64,000 nucleotides of DNA from Candidatus Oxydemutatoraceae bacterium (lineage in GTDB: Bacteria > Pseudomonadota > Gammaproteobacteria > Poriferisulfidales > Oxydemutatoraceae): the NCBI GenBank assembly GCA_965220085.1, contig CBDCOZ010000001.1, positions 96,001 to 160,000 of the forward strand. The letters are read 5' to 3'. A program made the position numbers and the translations under genes. How positions within the stretch are numbered: the first letter of the stretch is position 1; the number at the start of each line of letters is the position of its first letter. Below the pieces are notes generated by a model. That model searched no databases, had not been told where the DNA came from, and saw nothing but the letters and a program-made list of their open reading frames with translations. Positions 57,259 through 64,000 of the stretch are shown in pieces.

Positions 57259-59739
57259 ATGGCAATAATCATATATCATGCGGGAAACACCCTATATCAA
57301 ATGTGCCAAATGATTAACATCCGCTTACGCATATGCGGGCTTGCCTGTCTCATCGCGTGCATATCGGCGCCGCAGGCATACGCGCAGGAAGAGGCCGAGC
57401 ATCTGGTGGTTGTCGGTTCGCGCACCGCCGTGCGCGCCGCATACGACACCAATGTGCCGGTCGATGTGATCAGCAGCGAGGACATCGCCCGCACCCATGT
57501 GACGGAGACCGCGAAGCTGATTCAAACGTTGGTGCCGTCATTCAACTTCTCGGTTTCCACCGTCAGCGACGGTACCGATGCGGTGCGCCCGGCGACTCTG
57601 CGCGGTCTGTATCCGGATCAAGTGCTGGTGCTGGTCAATGGCAAACGCCGGCACACCAGCGCCTTGTTGCATGTCAATGGTTCGGTCGGTCGCGGTTCGG
57701 TCGGCGTCGATCTCAATGCGATTCCGCCGTCGGCGATAGAACGGATTGAGGTGTTGCGCGACGGCGCCGCCGCCCAGTACGGCTCGGATGCGGTGGCCGG
57801 CATTATCAACATCGTGCTCAAGGAGCGGGTCGGCGAGACCGAGGCGCAGGCTTACTACGGGGAGACCTATCAGGGCGATGGCGAGCAACGCCGCTATAGT
57901 TTCAACGGCGGATTCGCCCTCGCCGAAACGGGTTTCTTTAACCTGACCGCCGAGCGGCGCGATCGCAACCCGACCAACCGCGCGGGCGAGGACATACGGT
58001 GCCAATACGGAGGAACAGCCCCCGACTGCAATGACCCGGCCAGAGAAGCGCGTTTTGACCGCGTCAGTCATCGGGTCGGCGATGCCGAGTCGGATAACGA
58101 TTATGTGTTTTTTAATTCCGCGCTGCCTTTGCGCAACGGCGTTGAACTCTATGCGTTCGGCGGCATCAGTCAGCGCGAGACCGAGGCGGGCGGGTTCTAC
58201 CGCCGCGCTTCCGACCGGCGCAACCTGCCGTCGGTTTATGCGGACGGTTTTCTGCCGCTGATCACAACCGATGTGGATGACGATTCGCTGGCGCTCGGGG
58301 CCAAGTTTGATCTCGGCGCGTGGCGGGCGGATGTCAGCGCGCATTATGGCGAGAACACTTTTGATTTCCGGGTAAAGGATTCGCTCAATGTGTCTTTGGG
58401 CGCGGCGTCGCCGCGACAAGCCGATTCCGGCGGTTTGAAGTTTGATCAAACGGTATTCAAAGCCGATGCGACCCGTCCCTTGGAAATAGCGGATTTTGCG
58501 TTGGATATCGCGACCGGATACGAGTATCGCCGCGACGGCTATCGCATCCGCGCCGGTGATCCGGCTTCTTACATAGACGGCGGTCAACGCGCGCAGGACG
58601 GCGAGCGCGCCGACCCGGGCATTCAGGTGTTCCCCGGTTTCAGGCCCGAGAACGAGGTCGATGTCAGCCGCCACAATCATTCGCTCTATCTCGATGGAGA
58701 AAGTTGGGTGAGCGATAATCTGTCCCTTGCCGCCGCGGCGCGGTGGGAGAGTTACAGCGATTTTGGAAACGATATGAACGGCAAGCTGAGCATGCGCTAC
58801 GAGATGTCGGATGTGTTCGCACTGCGCGGCGCGGTGTCGTCGGGCTTTCGCGCGCCGTCTCTGGCACAGCAGTACTTCAACAACATCAGCACGCAATTTG
58901 TCCGAGGCGTTCCCAGAGAAGTGCTGACGGCCAATAACGCCAGCGGTTTTGTCCGCGCCATCGGCGGCGAAGCGCTGGAAGAGGAGAACTCGGTCAGCCT
59001 GAGTTTCGGTTTTGTCGCCAACCCGTTGCCCAGGCTGACTGTCACAGCGGACGCATACCGCGCGAAAATCAGGGATCGCATCGTCTTGTCAAGACAGTTT
59101 GTCAAGGACGACATACGCCCGGGCTTTGTGGCGGGCGCTGCCGATGCCTTGATGCGCGAGCACGATGTCGATATTGACGCTGTGCGGTTTCAGTTTTTCA
59201 GCAACGCGATGGATACGGTGACCCGCGGCCTGGATGTGATCGTTGATTATGACTATCCGTTGGACAGCGGCGCGGCGATAGATTTCACCGCGGCCTTGAA
59301 TTTCAACACCACCCGCAGGGACGGCGATATTGAGAATGTCGCCGGTCTGAGAGACGGGACGGCGCCGTTTACCGATATTGAGTCGTACCTCGAAGAGGGC
59401 AGCCCGCGACAGCGCTACAGTTTCACGACCAATTATGCCGACGGCGACAATAACTGGACATGGCGGCTGAATCACTATGGCAGCGTCGTATCCAGAGTGG
59501 ATACGGAGCCGCAACACTATGGCGCGCGCTGGCTGGCGGATGTTGAATATACCCGCAGTTTCGGCAACGAGATAGATTGGACGGTCGGCGCGCTAAACCT
59601 CTTTGATACCAGACCGGAGAGGAATTCGGATGCGAACCGATACGGTTCGGCCGGCGGCAGCTTCGTCTATAGCCGCCGCGTATCGCCGTTCGGCTTCAAC
59701 GGCGGCTTCTACTTCACCAACCTGAAGTACCGTTTCTAA
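57259..59739 (+). CDS. TonB-dependent outer membrane receptor
   Basis: LVVVGSR TonB box, LRGL...VLVNGKR plug, IERIEVLRDGAAAQYGSDAVAGIINI, C-terminal YRF; start may be 57301 or 57310. Confidence 0.92.
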   Translation: MAIIIYHAGNTLYQMCQMINIRLRICGLACLIACISAPQAYAQEEAEHLVVVGSRTAVRAAYDTNVPVDVISSEDIARTHVTETAKLIQTLVPSFNFSVSTVSDGTDAVRPATLRGLYPDQVLVLVNGKRRHTSALLHVNGSVGRGSVGVDLNAIPPSAIERIEVLRDGAAAQYGSDAVAGIINIVLKERVGETEAQAYYGETYQGDGEQRRYSFNGGFALAETGFFNLTAERRDRNPTNRAGEDIRCQYGGTAPDCNDPAREARFDRVSHRVGDAESDNDYVFFNSALPLRNGVELYAFGGISQRETEAGGFYRRASDRRNLPSVYADGFLPLITTDVDDDSLALGAKFDLGAWRADVSAHYGENTFDFRVKDSLNVSLGAASPRQADSGGLKFDQTVFKADATRPLEIADFALDIATGYEYRRDGYRIRAGDPASYIDGGQRAQDGERADPGIQVFPGFRPENEVDVSRHNHSLYLDGESWVSDNLSLAAAARWESYSDFGNDMNGKLSMRYEMSDVFALRGAVSSGFRAPSLAQQYFNNISTQFVRGVPREVLTANNASGFVRAIGGEALEEENSVSLSFGFVANPLPRLTVTADAYRAKIRDRIVLSRQFVKDDIRPGFVAGAADALMREHDVDIDAVRFQFFSNAMDTVTRGLDVIVDYDYPLDSGAAIDFTAALNFNTTRRDGDIENVAGLRDGTAPFTDIESYLEEGSPRQRYSFTTNYADGDNNWTWRLNHYGSVVSRVDTEPQHYGARWLADVEYTRSFGNEIDWTVGALNLFDTRPERNSDANRYGSAGGSFVYSRRVSPFGFNGGFYFTNLKYRF

Positions 59740-59816
59740 ATTCGCGCGCCCCGCATCGTATCGGCGGTCACATGTGTGATACCGATAAGTCGCGAAACTG
59801 ATAGAATGACAGGCGC

Positions 59817-62800
59817 GTGCGGGACACTTTCTTCAAAAACCGATACTTGACAGCGGCCATCGCGGTTGCGCTGGGGCTGTTTTTCGTGTTGCAACGCGAA
59901 GAACCGCAGCCGCTGATCCCGGACGACCCCTCTATGCCGCAGGCGTTGCGCGCGGCGATGGTCGAGCGCGATTTCGCCGCCGGCGCGCGCCAGATCAAGA
60001 CGCGCGCAACGGCGGTTGCCGCCGCGGCGGCTGCCGTCGTCGGTCGCAAAGCGCGGCAACGGTTAATTGTCCTTCATGATCCGGATGTCACGCGTATCGA
60101 CGGTGTCATGGAGACGCTCGCAAACTTTCCGGAGGTGACGGTGGAGGATATGCCGTTATTCAATATGTCGATCATAGAGGCGCCGGCGAGTTGGAACCTG
60201 CAATGGCTGAATGCGCTCGTCTCACTCGACGACTCCATTGAAGCGGTCGGCCCCGATATGATCGCCAAAGGTCTGGCGGTGACGCCGAACGATCCCGACT
60301 TCGGACAGCAACGCCACTTGTATCACGCGAGTTCTCCGGGCTCGGATATCAATGCGCGGGAAGCGTGGGCCTATACGACCGGCAACCCCGATGTCATCGT
60401 GGCGGTGATAGATTCGGGCATAGACTATACATACGACGATTTGGCTTCCAACCTGTGGGTCAATCGCGCGGAAGCCGACGGCGTTGCCGGTGTCGATGAC
60501 GATAACAACGGTTGTATCGATGACATACACGGCTGTGATTTTGTCAATGACGACGGCGACCCGTGGGATGACCGCGGGCACGGCACCCCGGTGGCGAGCG
60601 TTATCGGCATGCAAGGGAATAACGGGAGATTGGGCGCCGGCATCAACTGGAATGCCTCGATTATGTCGCTCAAGACGATCGACTACGACAACGACGGGCG
60701 CGTATCCGATAGCGTGCGGGCGTACTACTATGTTCTGAAGATGCGTTTGGCCGGGCACAACATACGGCTTATCAATGCCAGTTACGGAACGATTATCAGC
60801 GGCACAAACAGCTGTGCCCGGGAGGATTTGCCGACCGCCATAAGAGCCGAGCATATCGCGCTTGAGGAGTTGGGGCGCAACGGCGTGATGACCGTCGCCG
60901 CCGCCGGCAACGAAGGCAGGGACATTGACGACCCGAGCGCAAACCGCATCACTACGCCGGCTTGCCTGGACATAGACGGGTTGTTGAGCGTCGCCTCTTT
61001 GTCTTCCCGCGGTCTTCTGGCGGGCAGTTCCAATTACGGCGCCGAGTCGGTGGACTTGGCGGCCCCCGGCACGGGCGTGTTTGCGCTTGCCCCCGGGCGG
61101 AGGAACTTTCGCGGAGACTACGGGCAGGTCTCAAGCTATGTTCCCGCGGAGCGCAAAGCCCAAGCCGCGCGGTTGGAGACCGTCGTTTCAATTCCCGCCG
61201 ATACGACGGCAACGGCGGGCTGGAGCGTCGAAGGCGGCTGGGCGCGGGTGGCGGAAGGGGAAAGAATCTATTGGACCGACAGCCCCGATGGCAACCACCC
61301 CAATCAGGCCGATTTCAGCGTGACCCGCGACCCGATCGATTTGAGCATGTACGGCGAGAATGATTACTTGTTTCTGTCATTTGAACTTGCCACCGACCTG
61401 GAGTATGAGCCAAACCCTTCGTTGCCTCCGATATACTGCGCTTCTTCGTTTTGCGACGCCCTGTTTTTGGAAATCAGCGTCGATGGTCGGGATTGGCGGG
61501 CGCTGGATGCGTGGAGCAATATTAATTTTGCATCCGATGTTTCCATAGGCATTCCCCGCTGGGCGTATCGTGAGAACTTTCAATTCCGCTTCCGCCTGGT
61601 TTCGGATCCCGGCACGAACAAAGATGGCGTCAGGATCTACGATATTGCGCTGACCCGCTCCGATACGGGCAGCGATGTTTCGGTGCGCTTGAGCGGCACC
61701 TCGTTTGCCGCTCCGATGGTCACCGGCGCGGCCGCGTTGCTGTGGTCTTTCAAGCCCGATTTAACGCTCGCCGAAGTGCGTTCGGCGATACTTGACAACG
61801 TGCGGCCTTCCGCTGTCGCGGCGGTGCAAAACGGCACGGCAAGCGGCGGCACGCTCGATGCCGCCGCCGCGTTGCATTCTGTCGCCGAAGACGGCATTGA
61901 CTTGCAAGCGGGAGAAATCGCGCTGGTCGAAGGCGAGGAAGGGATGTTTGCGTTGCGCCTGACCCGCCCTCCGCAAGCGCCCGACAGCGTCGATCCCGGC
62001 GGCACATTGTCGAGTGACGACCCGCCGCCGACCATGCCGGACGCCGTTGCGGAGCAAGTGGCGCTGGCTGTCACCGCCGACCCGGCATCGCGTATTCGGG
62101 TGGATACGCCCGCTATCACGTTTACTCCGCAGAACTGGCACATCCCCCAAGCGGTTCGCTTCACAGCGGTTGACGATAACTTGGCCAATGGCGATGTGAT
62201 GGCGAGGCTGCAAGTTGCGGTGCGCGCGGACGAGTCTGTGCCTTCGTATCGCGAGTTGCCGCCACAGACGGTCGTCGTCAGCGTGGCGGACAATGAGTCA
62301 AAGTTATCGTTAGCCCCCGGCGCTCCGACACAAGTGGCGGAAGGCGCGAGCGCCACCTTCGCATTGTTGCTTGAGCCGGCCTTGAGCGAAGACCTGACCG
62401 TCACGTTGAGCGCGACCGGCAGCGCAATCGCAGGACAGGATTATCGGGCATTGCCCGCTGCTATAACGATAGCCGCCGGTGCGGGGCGCGCGGAACTGAC
62501 CCTGACGACGATTGATGATGCGTCGGCCGAGCGCACAAAAAACGTTTTGATACGGGTTGTGCCGCCGCCGTCGGCATCGGTCGTTCAAGATCCCGTATTG
62601 ATTCCGCTGGACATAGAAGACGATGACGCGCAACGTTTTTCGGTTGCGCTTGACAGAGACCGTATCAAGGAAGGCGAGCGCGCGCTTGTCACTATCGACA
62701 CGTCTATCGGCACGACCGAGGCTGTCGTCCTTTTGACAGACCGTATCGGCGGAGATGCAAGCGCCGAAGACTATCACATACCTGCGCCGGTCACGTTGCC

Positions 62801-63887
62801 GGCGGGTCAAACACAGCAACAGTTCTTTGTGACCGCCCGGACCGATGACCAAGACGAAGCCGACGAAGAGTTAATCATCCGCATAAGGTCCGCGGACGAA
62901 ACCCGGTTGCGAGGGGAGCGCCGATTTGCTCTGACGCTGGAAGATACGACGATTCCCAAGTTATTGCCCCTGTCGCCGGCAGAGGCAGAGGAAGGCGAGA
63001 CGGTGCGCATTGAGTTGCAAGTCGATACGCCGCCGTTGCAAGCCGTATCCGTGTGGGTGGCGGCGACGGGCACCGCCGTGCTCGGCGCGGATTATCCGTA
63101 TTTGCCGCATCAACTGCGTATTCCGGCGGGCGGAACCCGCACTTCGTTTTCGTTGCTGACCACCGAGGATAATCTTTTTGAGCCGGATGAACAGATTCGC
63201 TTGGTGTTTGCGCCGACGACTGCGACCGACGGACACCCGTTGTTGGCGAGCAGTCAAACGATGACGGTGACGATTCGCAATACCGACGGGCGGCCGCAAT
63301 TGGCATTGGACTCGCGGCTTCGTACCGACGCCGATGGCGACGCCGACCCTCAGCACCCCCCGCTCGTGATTCCGCCGAATACTCCGGACTTTGAGATGTA
63401 CGGCGTTGAGCTGGCTCGCTACCTCTCGTCGGTTCTTCCGCCGAGCGCCGCCGCCGAGTTGATCACCGTTGTGGCGACGGAAGAGGCGGGAGTGCGGCAC
63501 GGTTTTCGCGTTCGTATCGATCCCGCATCCGCGTATGCCGAAGCGATCACGATAGAGACATCGGGCACCGCTATTTACGGGCGCGACTACCGGATACATT
63601 TTCAACAGCCCGGCATGGAGTCGGTCGAACTGACCGAAGCGTCGGCGCGGACGAATATCGCGACAGGCACTCGAGTCGTCGCTGTTTTTGTCGAACCGCT
63701 TGCGGATGATACCGACGAAGACTTGTTTGAATTCGTCGAGGTTCGCGTATCGCCCGACGCAGGCGCGAACTTGGAAGGGGATGCGGCATTCGGATTTGTC
63801 ATCGCTTCCACTTCTGCGCTCATCTTTCAAGAGGCGGAGCCCATCAGGCTGCGCTTGCGCCTCTTTCTGGAAGGCCCGCTGCGGTAG
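59817..63887 (+). CDS. S8 subtilase with inserted beta domain, Calx-beta-like repeats and LRLRLFLEGPLR tail
   Basis: VIDSG, HGT, AAGN and GTSFAAP catalytic motifs; repeated TA..G.DY / DD..E..E; N-terminal hydrophobic segment. Confidence 0.9.
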   Translation: MRDTFFKNRYLTAAIAVALGLFFVLQREEPQPLIPDDPSMPQALRAAMVERDFAAGARQIKTRATAVAAAAAAVVGRKARQRLIVLHDPDVTRIDGVMETLANFPEVTVEDMPLFNMSIIEAPASWNLQWLNALVSLDDSIEAVGPDMIAKGLAVTPNDPDFGQQRHLYHASSPGSDINAREAWAYTTGNPDVIVAVIDSGIDYTYDDLASNLWVNRAEADGVAGVDDDNNGCIDDIHGCDFVNDDGDPWDDRGHGTPVASVIGMQGNNGRLGAGINWNASIMSLKTIDYDNDGRVSDSVRAYYYVLKMRLAGHNIRLINASYGTIISGTNSCAREDLPTAIRAEHIALEELGRNGVMTVAAAGNEGRDIDDPSANRITTPACLDIDGLLSVASLSSRGLLAGSSNYGAESVDLAAPGTGVFALAPGRRNFRGDYGQVSSYVPAERKAQAARLETVVSIPADTTATAGWSVEGGWARVAEGERIYWTDSPDGNHPNQADFSVTRDPIDLSMYGENDYLFLSFELATDLEYEPNPSLPPIYCASSFCDALFLEISVDGRDWRALDAWSNINFASDVSIGIPRWAYRENFQFRFRLVSDPGTNKDGVRIYDIALTRSDTGSDVSVRLSGTSFAAPMVTGAAALLWSFKPDLTLAEVRSAILDNVRPSAVAAVQNGTASGGTLDAAAALHSVAEDGIDLQAGEIALVEGEEGMFALRLTRPPQAPDSVDPGGTLSSDDPPPTMPDAVAEQVALAVTADPASRIRVDTPAITFTPQNWHIPQAVRFTAVDDNLANGDVMARLQVAVRADESVPSYRELPPQTVVVSVADNESKLSLAPGAPTQVAEGASATFALLLEPALSEDLTVTLSATGSAIAGQDYRALPAAITIAAGAGRAELTLTTIDDASAERTKNVLIRVVPPPSASVVQDPVLIPLDIEDDDAQRFSVALDRDRIKEGERALVTIDTSIGTTEAVVLLTDRIGGDASAEDYHIPAPVTLPAGQTQQQFFVTARTDDQDEADEELIIRIRSADETRLRGERRFALTLEDTTIPKLLPLSPAEAEEGETVRIELQVDTPPLQAVSVWVAATGTAVLGADYPYLPHQLRIPAGGTRTSFSLLTTEDNLFEPDEQIRLVFAPTTATDGHPLLASSQTMTVTIRNTDGRPQLALDSRLRTDADGDADPQHPPLVIPPNTPDFEMYGVELARYLSSVLPPSAAAELITVVATEEAGVRHGFRVRIDPASAYAEAITIETSGTAIYGRDYRIHFQQPGMESVELTEASARTNIATGTRVVAVFVEPLADDTDEDLFEFVEVRVSPDAGANLEGDAAFGFVIASTSALIFQEAEPIRLRLRLFLEGPLR

Positions 63888-64000
63888 CTTCGGGCGGCTG
63901 GCGGCGGCAAGCAAGCGCCGCCCGCCGGCGATGGCCGCCGGACTTTCTATAAGCGGCATTTTCTCCCGAGTTTCCATGCTGCCGGCGGCGGCTTCGTTTA

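Overview
This is a GC-rich (~60% by eye) gammaproteobacterial chromosome segment. Calx-beta/Ig-like exported proteins, a sulfotransferase and RM systems hint at a host-associated, possibly sponge-symbiont, lineage (inference only). The backbone is housekeeping: thiG-thiS-bioA, ispH, a TRAP transporter, thrB, polA, engB, dprA, def-fmt-ggt-DUF4390-ntrY-ntrX-trkA-trkH, a desaturase, rpmG-rpmB, folB-folK-folM, uppP, cca, murein enzymes, trxA-rho, purD-purH and oxyR. Accessory DNA comprises a CfrBI-like type II RM pair, a complete IS1595-family element (28-bp TIRs, 8-bp TSD), an Mrr-like nuclease, a TonB-dependent receptor and a large subtilase. Two unexplained systems stand out. (1) A ~10 kb head-to-tail array (26797-36990) of nine cassette-like genes, eight with signal-like leaders. 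They all end in the C-terminal motif LRLRLFLEGPLR*, are joined by a conserved junction, and are headed by a gene switched out of frame by a G15 tract. The same C-terminal motif ends the unrelated subtilase 27 kb away, suggesting an undescribed sorting/anchoring signal. (2) Six diverged 133-291 bp tandem duplications span gene 3' ends, five of them at tightly packed convergent gene junctions.
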